Assembly: GCA_013239625.1 (NCBI GenBank)
Contig: MU054323.1
Location: 13,873,950 to 13,937,949, forward strand
Direction: 5' to 3'
Length of the DNA stretch: 64,000 nucleotides
Source of the DNA: Lama guanicoe
Lineage: Eukaryota
The position numbers and the translations under genes were made by a program. Positions 1 to 14,034 of the stretch are shown one piece after another (the first letter of the stretch is position 1; each line of letters starts with the position of its first letter). The notes under the pieces are model-generated. The model was not told where the DNA came from, ran no database searches, and saw nothing but the letters and a program-made list of their open reading frames with translations.

Positions 1-2134
1 AGACATAAACTTTATAAAGGGGCTCATGACAGACTAATCAGTATTTAGGGCTTATCTTACTACACAGCAGTTGCTATTCTGATTGGATAACTTGGGTCAG
101 TTTTGAAAGAAACTCGTAAGTTCCTATCTTCAGTAACAAATACCACAATTTTCCTGATTTCGTTAGGCAACAGTGTCTTGGAGGAATGTTCCTTCCATCT
201 ATGGTGACTTCTTTTTATGGATTTCTTTGTAACTCATGGTTGGTACTCAGAAGTTTCTGCTATTCATTGTCTTTTTTGAAAAGTAAACCTTTTATTATTT
301 TAGAAATGTAAATCTTTTCCTGACTGAAAAAAGCATTGACCTCAGTTAATGAAGTTTGCTAGATTGAGGGCAAATTATCTTTTTATCTTTTTCATTATTT
401 CTTTTTTCCCCCACTGCTTCCCCTTCCTTGAGATTGAGAAGAGAAACATAGAGGAAACATGTTTTCATGGTCTACAATTTTGTCCTAAGTAAGATGTTTT
501 TGTAGTGAGCCAGACCTGTACAATCGAGTGTTATAAATTAAGCATTTGTTCCAAGTCTCATGTTTATAATATACTAGAAATGTAGAATTTGGAATAAACA
601 CTAAATTAAGATTTAGAACATTTAGGTTCTGATGTTAGGTTTACATTTTTGAGCTGACTAAACTTAGAGAAAACTCTTCTTGCTAAGTCTTAAGTTTTTC
701 ATGTGTAAATAGAACAAATACACTGTTTTGTCCAACTCCAACTGATGATTGTGAGATACAGACACCTTGAAAACTAAGTATTATAGGATATGAGTTACCA
801 TTTCATTAAAAATAGAAAAGACAATGCCAAGGCAATGCATTTGTAGTGTTAAAGTAAATGAGAAAATTTACAAAATAAACAAATCTAGATAGCCAGTAAA
901 TATAGATACAGATACTATATTTCATTAGTAGTAAAAATGAAAATTAAATCAGTAAAGAAAATTTTTGCCATAAAATTAGCAAATATTTTTAAAATTATTA
1001 TTTCCATGGTGTCAGGAAACTTCAGGCCCTCATACAATGATAGGAGTTATAAATTTATAAACATTTCTAAAGGGATATTTGTAAAGTAATAAAATTCTTA
1101 AAACTATATGTACACTTTGACCGAGTAATTCAGTTTCTGGATTTTGTTTTCTATGAGGAAATCAGAAATATGCAAGATGAATGTGTAAGTAACTTTAACA
1201 TTAGAAACATCTGCAGAAAATTGGAGATGTTTTATGTAATCAGCTATAAATTAAAACACATTGTACATTCAATTCAACATCCATTGTCATTCTTCTTACA
1301 GTCATTGATAAGCTCCCTTGTCACCACATCTCATTCCTTGTGATTTTATCTCCTGGCTCTCAATTATTCTCCTGAATATATTTCCTTTATATTTCTTTTT
1401 AACTCATTGTTTATAAACAGAATTGCTTCAGCTCTGACTTTTCAACTCCTTGACTTCTCCTCCAGTGATCTTTTCTGCCACAGTGTTTCAGCAATATACT
1501 ATTGTGGTCAATTCCTAGCAACAGTGGTTTTCAAATTAGAGTAACTATATCCTGGAACACAAAAGACTTTCTCGAGGAATTCTTGGGTAATTTAAGAAAA
1601 TCACTTCCCAAATTCTCAACATTCATAGGTCTCTTTTCCTGTAATAGATTAGTTTGAGAACACGCTTGTAGTAAGTGTCATGTCAGTTATGCTCTTAAGT
1701 CTCCACTTCAGTAATTGCCTTCCTCCTATTTTACTATCTGTATTAATTTCTTATCACTGCTGTAAAAAAACCCCCATAAATGTAGTAAATTGATGCAACA
1801 GAAATTTATTATCTTATAGTTCTGGAGTACAAAATTCGGAAATTATGTTTTGTGAGGCAACAAAATTGACTTAAAAAGAAATTGAACACCTATATGTTTT
1901 AGAAACCACCTCCAGGGCCAAATGGCTTCACAAGTGGATGGTATCAAATACTTAAGGGAGAAATTATATTTATTCTATAAAAACTCTCAGCAAATATCAA
2001 TGAATGACCATTAAAGAGGTAGGACTGAAGTGTATGATAGTACAGGTGGTTAAAACCTCTGAGTAATTGCTGTCTTTCTGACAATAGAGAAATGCTATAA
2101 ACAACGCAGTGTCCATCAATTTGGCAACTTAGAT

Positions 2135-2350
2135 TAAAGCATCAGCAAACTATATCCTATGAGTCAATCCAGTCATGATCTGTTTTTGTAAATAAAGTTT
2201 TGTTGGAAAACAACTGTGTTTGTAGTTTTATTTATTGTCTAGGACTACTTTCATGCCACAGTAGAATTGAATAGTTGTGACAGAGACCTCGTGGTTGATA
2301 AGCCTAAAATATTTGCTGTATGGCCCTTTGTAGGAAGTTAGTTCACCTTT
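2135..2350. mobile_element. MER58A-like hAT DNA transposon
   Basis: cagcaaactat...tgtttttgtaaataaagtttt...agttgtgacagagacc...aagcctaaaatattt...tggcccttt matches the recalled consensus. Confidence 0.85.
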
Positions 2351-3070
2351 GATTTTTTTTTCAAGGGTCAATTTTCAGATAAAATATTTGGAGTTATCTT
2401 TTACTCTTTTCTTTCTTTTGTACTCTGTATCCAATTTACCAGCAAATGTATTGGCTCTATCCTCAATATATATCCAGAACCCAATTTTTTCTTCATATCT
2501 CCACAATTACTTTCCTGGTCAGGGCCATAGTTAGCTCTCATTTGGATTATTGCTATAGATTTCTCTGTGTTTTTTTGTGTTTGTTTTTGCCACTACCCCT
2601 CTATTCTACTAACTGCAGAGAAGAAAAGCTAATTTGTTTAAAATAGATATCTAATCATATCACTCTTTAGCTCAAAATTCTTCCATGACTTCCTATTTCA
2701 CTCAGAGCAAAGACCAGAGTCATTTCAGTGACCAAACGACCTGATAGACTGCCCACCTAGTTGGCATATCTACATCAACATCTGATATTTGTTTCCTTTT
2801 TCACTCATTTCATGATACTCTCCCTGGTTCATTCCACTTTGACTCCCTTGACCTCCTGGCAATTTCTTGAATATGCTGGGCACCCTCCTGCCCAGGGCTG
2901 CAGCACTGTGCTCCAAATTTCTGCTCAAATGTCATATGATCAGTGACACCCCCCTTAAGAACTCTAAATAGTCATTTCCCAAGTTCCCACTCTCTCTATC
3001 CTACTTACTTTGCTATGTATTCTTTTTAGTGCTTTTCACCATCTTACAGTAAATATTTGTTTATCAGTAT
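2351..3070 (+). mobile_element. L2 LINE 3' fragment
   Basis: ctctcatttggattattgc...atcatatcactctttagctcaaaa...cactcagagcaaaga...aaatatttgt; a related piece lies at about 1270-1520. Confidence 0.7.
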
Positions 3071-5624
3071 GCAAAAATATACAACATCTTGCTCCACATT
3101 TAAACATTTAATATCATAAGAAAGTTCTCAATATACATAGATTAAGAAAAATGCATATTATGTCATTCCCCTGTGTAGTCTCAATTATGCAAAGAAGTAT
3201 TATGTATATATGTCTATATGTATAGAAAAGGATTTATATACATTCACCAAGACCTTATTTCTGTGAGGAAGAATGTGAGTGGTTTTAATTTTCTTCAACT
3301 TTCTGCAGTGAATGTTTATTACATTTTATAGGCAAAAATTACTTAAATACAAATTAATTGGCCAAAAAAAAAAGTGGTTGAGAGGACTCTTCGTCTTAAT
3401 TTTTCTGATAGATTTGAAACACAGGGATATTACAGGAATCTGAATTCAGAACCTTGGAATAGCAGGCTTGTGTCCAGAGCAGGCATTCTAGAACATACAC
3501 TGCTAAGTATGTACTTATTCCAAAGGGAATGAACAGCCTGTTTAAATATATGGTTGGGCTCTTTGCATGTCTGAACTTTTATATATTGTTCATGCCTCAA
3601 AATCTGCTTATTTCTGTTTTTACCAGGGCTCCAAAAAAGCCCCAAAGCCTTAACACTAGAATTGTTTAGAGTTGTATTCACTTCTAAATATATCTGTGTT
3701 AAAAACTTACCAACCACAGTTGACCTAGGTGTTATCAGCTAATTATACTGTCAGTTTTAGGTTGACAGATACTGTAGAAAGATGGGAAAGTCTAACAACC
3801 CATGGATCAGAAATGTTTTATTTTTCTTTGCCTACTTAAGAATCAGTGAACATTATTCAAAATTGAAACATCATGTATGTCCTGAATAGAGTGAAAAAAA
3901 TTTAAATCAGGTGAGTTTTGTTAAAGAAATAACTGGGTTCACATAATTTTAAAACTCCTCAACAATTAAAATGTTCACTAGACTTCACTATTTAGAGTTA
4001 GACTTATTTTATTCCTAGTTAACTTGTTAAAGCTCCTCACTTACTTGGTTTTATAACATCGAGTATGATCACCCACTCATATGTGAATCAGTAAAAATGG
4101 GTAAGTATTTCTATACTGTAGCACCAGCCATAGCATTTGACATGTCTGTAGTGTTCTGCAAAGTAGAATTCCGTGTTTTTTGAGGGGAAGACTCCTTAGC
4201 CCAATTTTTCCAGTACATACTTTTCTTTGAAAGTTTGCTGACCATTTCCTCTAACAAACTGATACCTGCTGTGTAATCCCTCCAGCCTTACCCTGTACCC
4301 TTGTGGAATCTTACATACTTAACTCTTGTTGTTTGGTTGCCTACAATTCCATTATCTTTTCCACAAAACCCACATGTCCTTCTGTTACAGCTCTCCTTTC
4401 TTCCATTGATTTTTGTGCCTGTGATTGAAGGGAAGCTCCTGACTCAAAGTGTAAAATTAGCCAATTGTTAGAAGTAATGAGAATAAATAGATTGGATTTC
4501 TTGTCCAGTGTTGACTGGGAACCTAATGAAGCTTTCAAAAGCCTGCAGGAAATAAGGGATGAACTCTTGGCCAACAGACCTTGGAAGTGAGAAGTAACAT
4601 CCATTGGCAGCTGGAACAGATGGCATCTTAAGCATGACAGATTTCCCACCACTCCAAGTAAAATCAATATCCAGTAGCATAAAGTGAATTAGCTGGCAGT
4701 GGGTGAGAAGTCTGCCTATTAGTTTGATTTAGGTATGAGTCAATTTGCATAGTTTTGCCATGATACTTTGTTTCAGTTCATTACTTTTAACCAGATCCGA
4801 TAGCAGCCGTCTCAAGGATTCTGTGATGACTAGCTCACTGAAATAAACTTGAGAATGGAAAGATTTAAAAAGAAAGCAGAATACTTGAAGAGGGCAAACT
4901 ACATCTCCATATTGGCTTTCTTCCTCTGTGGATATCCAGATAAGACAATTTCATGGGCTGCATTCCTTTGCAAAAAGTTGTAAAGTAGGTGGAACAGAAT
5001 GTGATGTATATGGATGAGATACCAAAATTTATTGTGAGTTTACTTTATGTCTGGTGTTTTCCAGCTGGATTCTTTCAATTCTTATGATAGATCACTTGGA
5101 TAGTGACAAAGTCTAACGTCAAATTCATGTTTGACTGAAGCCAAAACTCATGCTTTTTCAACCTATCAGCTACATTATGTTCATGGCTGGTCTTCCATTA
5201 GCATTTAGCTCTTTTCTTAAACTCAACATCCTGCCTGAGTCCATTCTTAAAGGCTTTTCTCCCCAGGAAAATTTTTACGTGCTTGGCCTAGGATGCACTG
5301 ACTAAATTAAGGGTAAGTTGAATTTTTATTGTTAAACCCAATAACTGAATTCATCATTAGGAATTAATTTCTTTCAATTAACAGGTATTTATTAGTTTAC
5401 CATACTAATACAGGAATTGACTGTTCACCAAGCATATGCTGTGTGACAAATACACTGTGATGAGTACTGAAGAACAATAGTGAGTGAAAATGTCGCACTT
5501 TTTGTTTTCATGGAGCATAGGACTTGATGGAAGAGACAGATATTAATCAAATAGTTACATAATTATATGTAAAAGTCCAAATGTTAAGAGTGATATGAAA
5601 GAGAATTAAAGGATACTTATAATA

Positions 5625-6830
5625 TTGAAGGCTTCAGTCACAAACTGGGTTCACAGAGTCTAGGAAGTTCAAAAGTATTCTTAAGGTCAACGCCTATGGA
5701 AGGCTAGGAAATGGCAGGATAAGTCAGATGGAAAAGTTGGGCTGTCATGCAGGCTCATTCAAGGCTTCAGCTGACATACCAACAACCCCAAAGCTAGGAT
5801 GAACCTTCAGAGTTATTTAAAGTTGAAATGAAAGGCCAGGTCTTCATTTTTTTTATTGAAGTATAGTTGATCTACAATGTTGTGTTAGTTTCTGGTGTAC
5901 AGCAAAGTGACTCAGTTTTATGTAAATATAATTTTATATATATTCTTTTTCATATTCTTTTCCATTATGATTTATTACAAGATATTGAATGGAGTTCCCT
6001 ATGCTATACAGTAGGAGTTTTTGTTTATCTGTTTTATATATATATTAATTTGTATCTGCTAATCCTAAACTCCTAATTTATCCTTCACCCTCCTTTTCCC
6101 TTTGGTAACCATGAATTTGCTTTCCATGTATGTGAGTCTGTTTCTGTTTGGTAAATAAGTTCATTGGTATCATATTTTAGATTGCACGTATAAATGATAT
6201 CATGTATTTGTCTTTCTCTGACTTACTTTACTTAGTATGATAATCTCTAGGTCCATCTATGTTGCTGCAAATGGCAATATTTCATTTTTAATGACTAAGT
6301 AGTATTCTACTGTGTGTATGTATGTACACATACATACATACATATATGTAATATATATACACCCCCACACACATTTTCTTTATCCAGTCATTTATCAATG
6401 AATATTTAGGTTGCTTCCATGTCTTGGCTGTTGTAAATAGTGCTGCTTTGAACATGGGGTTCATGTATCTTTTCAAATTTGGACTTTTCTCCGGATATAT
6501 GCACAGAAGTGAGATTGCTGGATCATACGGTAACTCTATTTTTAGTTTTTAAAGGAACCTACATACTGTTCTCCATAGTGGTTGCACAGTTTACATTCCC
6601 ACCAACAGTGTAGGAGGGTTCCCTTTTCTCCACACCCTTTCCAGCATTTATTATTTGTAGACTTTTTAGTGATGGCCAGTCTGATCAGTGTAAGGCAATA
6701 CCTCATTGTTGTTTTAATTTTCATTTCTCTAATAATTAGCGATGTTGAGCATATTTTCATGTACCTATTGGGGCCAAATCTTTATATCCCATATCAATCA
6801 GTCATTGGATTTGTGCTGCTTTGGAATGGA
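5625..6830 (-). mobile_element. LTR16-like ERVL LTR split by the 5848-6771 L1
   Basis: aagttgggctgtcatgcag...cttcagctgac...aaagctaggatgaaccttcagagtt continues after the L1 as ctttatatcccatatcaatcagtcattgga. Confidence 0.55.
5848..6771 (-). mobile_element. 5'-truncated LINE-1 (ORF2 C-terminus and 3'UTR), intermediate age
   Basis: Minus-strand peptides [20 protein letters not shown] and PMFKAALFTTAKTWKQP with frameshifts, and a typical L1 3' end. Degenerate TSD ggccaggtcttcat (5834-5847) / ggccaaatctttat (6772-6785). Confidence 0.93.
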
Positions 6831-7709
6831 AATGTTTTGAAGACGTAATATCATATGTGAAAATGGATACAACTTTTTCCTAAAAATGTGACTTAGATGG
6901 GAAAGAGAGAGAGAGTGGTAGCTAGAGGGCAGTGAAAGCTGAAGTGAGCATTTTGATTTCAATAAAATAAGCTTATGCATGGTCCTGGTGAGAAGGAGAG
7001 ACTTCTTACTAGGGATATTGTTTTTTATGGGATATTGTTGAGAGAGATGCCTGTGGGCAGGGGGTTTTATCAGAGGTGCAGAAGTCTCACCATAAAAAAG
7101 AAATCTATGTGTAAACCCTACCTTGTTCCTTGATTTGAGTATAAATAAAAATAATTCACATAGATTTAAAACTTTAAACCCTTTACTTACAGGTTGCACT
7201 TCCAACCTTTTTCAAGATATTTACTAGGAGACCTACCTCAGCTCAGTGGAATAATGAAGGTCAAATATAGAAGCCTGGATCATATGCTGGGCATGAGATA
7301 GAAGAGAATGAGTTTGACACAGATTATTAGAAGGAATCATTTTAAGATCTGGAATGGTTCCTCATGATACCACCAAAGAATATGACTATTGATTGATTTA
7401 GAACTAGAATTTGTACCTTTGTTATAAGTATTGGCAATTTACCTGGTGTAATTAGTACTAGGATTCAAGACATGGTAACTACTGGTGATGGCAACAGGAA
7501 GCTGCATCAGATGTGAAGCTTATCAATTATATGCTTAAATCTGGAATTGAAAGGTAGGAAAATATGAATTTCAAACTTTTTATGACATTAATATTCTAGA
7601 TATGCTGCTCTACCATTTGATCACAAGAAATTTTGCTATTTCCACTTTCAGTGTGGGTGGTTAAATCTGTTCTCACCCAGACACAGTCATGAGGGAGAGC
7701 TATGATAAT

Positions 7710-8300
7710 GTTCATTCATTCATCCAAAAAATATTTTCTCAATATCTCTTGTGAGGTTGGCATTGTGCTAGTATTAGAGTACAAAGTGGTTGTAAAAAAG
7801 ATTAGAGTAGTCTTGCAGGGAAGACAGAAATTAGTACATAAGAGTAATAATTAAATGGTTATATATGTTATAAAGAAAGGATTCAGAGCAGACTTGAAAG
7901 TATAGTATGGTTGGAAGAAAAATTATTTGATTAAGTTATATTTTGGGAAAATAGAAAAGATGTTAATGAATTGAATATGGGATGTTATAGAGAGAAAGAA
8001 ATCCTAAATGACTCCCTTTTAGGTGGGTTGGGCTACTAAGGATTCAGTTGTGGCCATGCTACGTTTGAGACACCTGTGAGCCATCAGAGTGACTATTTCA
8101 GATAAGTAATGGGATATGTGTGCATTTAAAGATGAGAGCAATGATCTGTGTATGAGAAATAAATTTTGGAGTTGATGACACATAAATGATAGACAATCAT
8201 AGTAAAGGATGAGATCAGTTAGAGAAGAAAACAGGGAGAAGAAGAATGAACCCTATACAGAGTCCTGAGGAACTCCAAAATTTAGGTTTCAGGTGGGTGG
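7710..8300 (-). mobile_element. L2 LINE fragments
   Basis: ttcattcattcatccaaaaaatatt 3' end; tttgagacacctgtgagccatc...gatgagatca...cctgaggaactccaa. Confidence 0.65.
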
Positions 8301-8399
8301 TTAAAGAGATCTTGGTGCTGAAGTCAGAATTCTCCTGATAGGATGACATCTGGTTACATCTTCACAATGACACTTAGGAATAGAAAACAGGAACAATTT

Positions 8400-8620
8400 C
8401 CATGTATGAAAGCACTTAACTATGGTAGCCATGTTTCCAACACTACATTCACAAGTGTAATTCTCACAACAAGTTTGTGTGACAGGCACTACTTTTATCA
8501 CCCTATTTTATAGTTGAGAGCTTGAGGCCCAGAGAGGATAATTAACTTGTCCTGTGTCATGTATAGAAACAAGCTTCAAACCCAAGGAGTCAGGCTGTAG
8601 AGCCTGCACATAACTATGGT
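8400..8620 (-). mobile_element. MIR SINE
   Basis: ttctcacaacaa...ccctattttatagttgag...tgaggcccagagagg...aacttgtcc...ttcaaaccca. Confidence 0.8.
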
Positions 8621-8629
8621 GCTGTTTTG

Positions 8630-9177
8630 CCCCTTAAGATGCCAGTTGGCCCTCTCTACAGTATGGCAATTTATTTCTTTATTGTTGTCAGGAGACTCTC
8701 TCTCACTTCTAATCTCTTCCTTCAGGAAGGATTCAGTCTTTTTTATGGGCTCACTTGCTTAGGCCTACCCAGGATAATCCCTCTTTTGATTAACTCAGTG
8801 GCGACTTATTTAGGGCCTTAATTACATCTGAAAAATCCCTTTATCTTTGTCATATTTTGTAACCTAATCATGAGAGTGAAATCAGTCATATTCACAGACC
8901 TGTAATCATATGTTTTAGAAACAGTAATGTGATATTCCATGAAATTGTGAGTTTTCATGGCAATGTGTATATCCATTGTAAGTGAACTATTCCAAGTTTT
9001 GGCTAAAGAAAATATTTGAGAGTAACCTTAAATATCAGGTGACCTAACTTCTTAATCCCTTTGACAGCATTCCCATCAGGTGGTAATCCAACCTCCATAA
9101 TCAAGGAGAAGAAATTATATAACTTGTAGACAAGGGGTAAGAATCTTGGGGACAGTGTTAGAATTCTACCTGCCACA
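8630..9177 (-). mobile_element. MLT1E-like LTR interrupted by about 190 bp
   Basis: cccaggataatccctcttttgattaactca...ccttaattacatctg...catattcacag, resuming ...gaatcttgggg...ttagaattctacctgccaca. Confidence 0.7.
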
Positions 9178-11904
9178 GGGACCAGAGTCACTTAAAGACC
9201 TGAGATGGCTTCAACCTCCTGAGTATACTTTGGATCATATGTACATGGTTAATTTGAATGTCCATCATTTGAGTATGTGGATTGAAAGCCAGTCCAATCC
9301 AGATGACCTCTATTTCCCCTTCTCCCAAAGTAGATCGCAGCTGCTCTGGAACTGAACTACAAGACCACACACTGAGCAGTTGCTTTGGCAACAACACATA
9401 TTCTGCCTCATTTGAGCACTAGTTGAAATGGTTTTTACAATGGCATTCCTAAGCAGAATTGAAATCAAAATGTTATGGCATGTCAGAATCCCAAACATGG
9501 CAGAAGCTCAAAGAGTGACTACCTGAAGAGCAGTACATACACAAGAAGAGTGTATATTTACGATAAAGACTCATCATAATTTGTTATTCAAAAGGATGCA
9601 TACCTTCTATCACCATTATTGGTTTATTAACCAGTACCTTATAGCAGGAATGTAGAAGTTATTTGTTAAGCTAAATCAAAGTTGGCTTTCCAGAATGGCT
9701 ACTTATTATGTATCTGAACCGCTGCATACAAAATTTCAATTTCCATGACTGAGTTTCCCCAAACCTGCTTTTAAACAGTCTGTTAAAAGTATAAAAATAC
9801 CAAATTCCTCTTGGTCCAGCTAATTATATTTCAGATTAAAATGATCGCTATACCTTTAGAAATCATGCTCATTTGAAAGCAGTAGGTACTATAATTATTC
9901 ACAGTATTGTTCACAAGAGTGAACAGCTTTTTAGTTACCCGGATGGAAAAAAAGAAAGAAAAGAAAAGAAGAAAAGAAAAAACACCCATTAGCTCTACAG
10001 TGAATTGCTTTCTGAATGTGTTTTTTCCTCATGGTACATAAGAGTAATCCCATGCACAGAAAAAAAGTCTAAGAAAAGCATTGTTATCCTTTGAGGCAGC
10101 AATAATTGCCCACTAGTCTTCTCAGTTCAGCTCCCAAGACCCATATTTGCCCATACTGTGTTCTACAGAATATTAATTCCTTCAAGTGTTAGTAAATGTT
10201 CCTGACAAAAAGGTTTCTATTGCCCTAAATGTTGGGAAATGTACCACACTGAATTAACAAGGCATTTGAAAACAGGGTTTGTACTTGTTTCTTCTAGGGA
10301 CAGTTTTTCTAATTGCATTGGGTAAATTGGAGAGTAATATGGGTAACACATGACACAACAACTCTTTTTAACCTTCAGTTATTCCTGTAAGACACGTAAT
10401 CAGACTCCTCTTTAATAGATGCTGATGCTGGAGTTTGAGGAAGTAAAATGATGTCCACTATTAATGTGCTCTCCCATATACAGAGCCCTGAAAAACAAAA
10501 CTGATGATGATGTAAGTTTTTACTCTTTGCCTAAAAAATACAGCTTTCTTCGAAGGGTTCTGCAGAGGTCCTTGGAAGAAAATTAAGAATCTTTTCATGT
10601 CTCCAAGTGAGGTTTTGAATATTATGTGTTGGGCAGAGACACATCAGTATTTTTACTAATTAGAGACACTGAGATTGGAAGAATGAGATTTGAGCCAGAT
10701 ATCAAACCTGAGTACCCTCAGCCTTCTGGGATAAGATGACCACCCCAGCTCCTGAAAAGAAATGGGTCCCCAGTTTTGTCAGTGCTCTGAGTCTACCACT
10801 TAGATGCTTGCTGGATATGTGCCTTCTTGTGAGATTTTGATTGAAATTGCGCCTAGTTGAATGTTCTGTATAAAGAACAAGTAAGTTCTCAACCAATCTT
10901 TGCCACATGCATCAGCAATAGTTGGTGAATACTTTAAAGGTTTTATTTCCCTGAAATGTATTGTAAGTAGAACAATTTATAGAAATAAGTTTTTAAGAAA
11001 AAACCCTAATAGCTGGCTGACTGAGGACTTCAATATATAATGATATTCTATATTTTGAGGACTGTCTTCTCAGTACTATATTTTAGACCCTTTTTGGGAA
11101 AAATTGCTCTTGTGCTGTAACCTGCTGGAGTGATTTTGAGTAATAGTGTTAATAAAATATGGTTTGTTGAGATTTAGGGTTTTATTCATTTCAGTTAGTA
11201 GGGAGAGTGATATTAATATGTCTTAAAATGCACAATAAGAAAAACAGGGTGCGTTTATTTTTTCCATGAGTTTCACCCATCATGCAAAGCATTTAATCAA
11301 GATGGACTTTTAAATAACACAGTGTGGTATTAACCAAATACCATTACTATGGAAAGTGATGAAAAATACTTTAGCTGAATTATTTGTAACCAAAAATGCC
11401 CCAGATACAAGCTTGTTGCATATTTTCCTCAGGCAAATGCCTCAGTCACCTTGTCATTGAATGACTTTGCAGTTTAACTCCACATTAGTCCATCCTGCTG
11501 CAGTGTGCTCTCTAGGCAACTAAGTGCAGAAGGAATACTCCACAGAGAACTTCACTGCACTTTGGCCATTCTTCCTATCAAGCAAGAATGTATACTATTT
11601 CAAGATACTTATATTTCTGTATATACTGTACTCATATACATGAATTCTCCACTAGTTTTTTATTAAGATTTGTGACTCCTGAAATCAGTTGGTCACCTAG
11701 GTGACAGGTTACATGGTTTTCTCCCATGTTATAATGAGGTATGAGTATATCTGTGTGTGTAGCTTAATGAGGTAGGTGGTTCTCATTTATGGCCTCAGTA
11801 AAATTCCCCAGGAACTTTAAAAAAAATACCAAAACCTGGGAATTAACAGAACAATTAAATCAGGATATTTGAAGATGGGGTGAGGGCATACTTACTTCCT
11901 TCAC

Positions 11905-13495
11905 TATTTGTTTATTTTAAACTTTTTATTATGGAACATATATAGAAAGTGGAAAAACAATATAATGAACCCCCAGGATGTAGTCATCACTCAGCTTCTA
12001 CTAACTCATTTCTAAACCTATTTCATCTTTATCCCAATCAGCCCCTTTTTCACTGCCTCCTTCTCTTGTATTATTTGGATATGAGTCCTAGATATCATAT
12101 AATTTCATTTGTACATTTTAGTATGTATATATGTGTAACTAAAAGAAGAGGACTCACTAAAAAATCAATTATTATACTTCCAGAACACTAAAAACTTAAT
12201 TTCTTTTTATAGTTAAATATTCAGCCAATGTTTACACTTCCTCTATTGTCTCATCGTTTTTATAGTTTGTTGGCTCAAATGAGTTTTCAAATAAGGGAAA
12301 TTTAGTAAGATTGGTTAATGTGTCTTTTATGTCTCCTTCAGTCAAAATCATTTCCATCTCTTTTTCTTTCTTGCTGTTTTAAAAAAGAGACTGGGTCATT
12401 TGTATTGTGGAGTTTTCCAAATGGTTGTGAGTGACTGAATTTCTATGACTTCATTGAACGTGTTCCCCTGTTCCCTGTATTTCCTGTAAATTGGTGTTTA
12501 GACCTATAAGTTTGATATAATTTAGATTGGATCACTTTGGAAAGACTATTTTATAGATGTTGGGCATATCATTAGTCAAAACATTTCTGGTTATTTCTCT
12601 TTTTGTGATAGTAACAGTCTTTGATGATCAGTGCTTAGGCTAATTCTTTTTTTCATTTAAGATTTGCATTTTATTTTATTTGCTAATTTTTTATTACGAT
12701 TTACAAAATGGTTATATTTGAGTTAAGTTATTTATTCATTACTTATTAGCTGAACTACTTCTATAATGAGTATAATGAGACTCTTTTCCCTTATCAACTG
12801 TTTGATTACCCTTAGATATTGTTTGTACAGTAAAGAAAAAAAAAAGAAAGAAAAAAATGCTTGATTCCCCCTACCTTTTTAAAATCAGTTTTCAAATAAT
12901 GAACTGGTTCCCTAAGTGTATCAAATGAGGTGTATTTTTTATGGTATTATTATAAATGCATGAATTTAAAAATATTTGACTTACTTTATTACCTTGTAAT
13001 TATTTTCTTTATTTATTTTTACATCGTCTCAACAATGGCCAGAGTAGCCACATCATTTTAAGTTCTGAGACCCTCAAACACTATCCTAGAAGCCTCTGGT
13101 AGCATTCTTGCTTTCTGGTATGAAAATGCATCTTTTTTTTTTCTTCAAGTTTTATTGGGATATAATTGACATACATCACTGGATATGTAAGTTTAAGGTA
13201 CAGCTGGGGACTCATATTCAGCATTCCTGGGAACAGCCATTTCTGTAAGGAGTCCCAGTTGCTGTCATGGAGAAATCTACTTAGAGACATAAATATGATT
13301 GCTAGGCACGCTCATTGTCAGTGAATTGCTCATTTTCTAGGACTTTCCAATAGATAGTCTGGGAAATATTTATATATTTTAAAATTTAGAAATATGGTGA
13401 TGTTCTTCAATCACTTTTATACATGAATCTTCTTTCTTTAATGCCCCAAATCTCAATTCATAATTATATTAATATAAATATTAATTTATTTACTC
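11905..13495 (-). mobile_element. Ancient L1 (L1MC/ME-like) 3' region
   Basis: Starts actttttattatggaa...aaagtggaaaaacaatataatgaacccc, resembling old L1M 3' ends; heavily decayed. Confidence 0.6.
13132..13205 (-). mobile_element. Short LINE-1 3' end nested in an older L1
   Basis: Poly(T) followed by ttttattgggatataattgacatacatcactg...gtttaaggtacagc, a typical L1M terminus. Confidence 0.7.
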
Positions 13496-13496
13496 C

Positions 13497-14010
13497 ACAT
13501 GGCACATTGCATTTTCCAAAAATGGCCACACAGATTTTCCAATGCCATGTGTGCTTCTAGAAACTTGTTGCTTCCTTTTAGATGATAGAGTCTATTTTCC
13601 TTCCATTGAAACTGGGCAGGCCTTGTCTACACCTCAATGGATTGAATGAGACAGAAACAACACTGCATGCCTTCTGGAAGTTAAGTCATAAAAGGAAATA
13701 TGATGCCATTTCTGATGGGCTTTCTCATGAATGCTCACTCTTGGAACCACCCACCATGTTTTAAGGAAGTCCAGGTTCCAGGGAGACGTTACCTATAGGT
13801 TTCCTGGCCAACAGCCCTATGTTATGGTCTCAGCTGACAGACAACATTAATGACCAGACTTGTCAGTGAGCCTTCAGATGGTTTCATTTCCCCAGATGAC
13901 ATAGATTGGAGTAGAGATAAGTTAATTCCATCAAGAGATGCCCAAATATTTGGTTCAGGAGCAAAATAAGTGCCCTTTTGTTGGTATTAAATTCCCCAGA
14001 ACTTACTGCT
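13497..14010 (+). mobile_element. MLT1 (F/G/H-like) LTR
   Basis: ttttccaaaaatggccaca...gagtctattttccttcc...ttggaaccaccca. Confidence 0.7.
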
Positions 14011-14034
14011 TTTAAGTGCAGCCCTTTCTCATAT

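Noticed and set aside
4820..4845. C/D-box snoRNA-like motifs (gtgatga...ctga)
   Set aside because: The boxes are only about 10 nt apart and there is no terminal stem.
6798..7205. 135-aa minus-strand ORF
   Set aside because: Non-ATG start, no recognisable motif, and a length compatible with chance in 64 kb.
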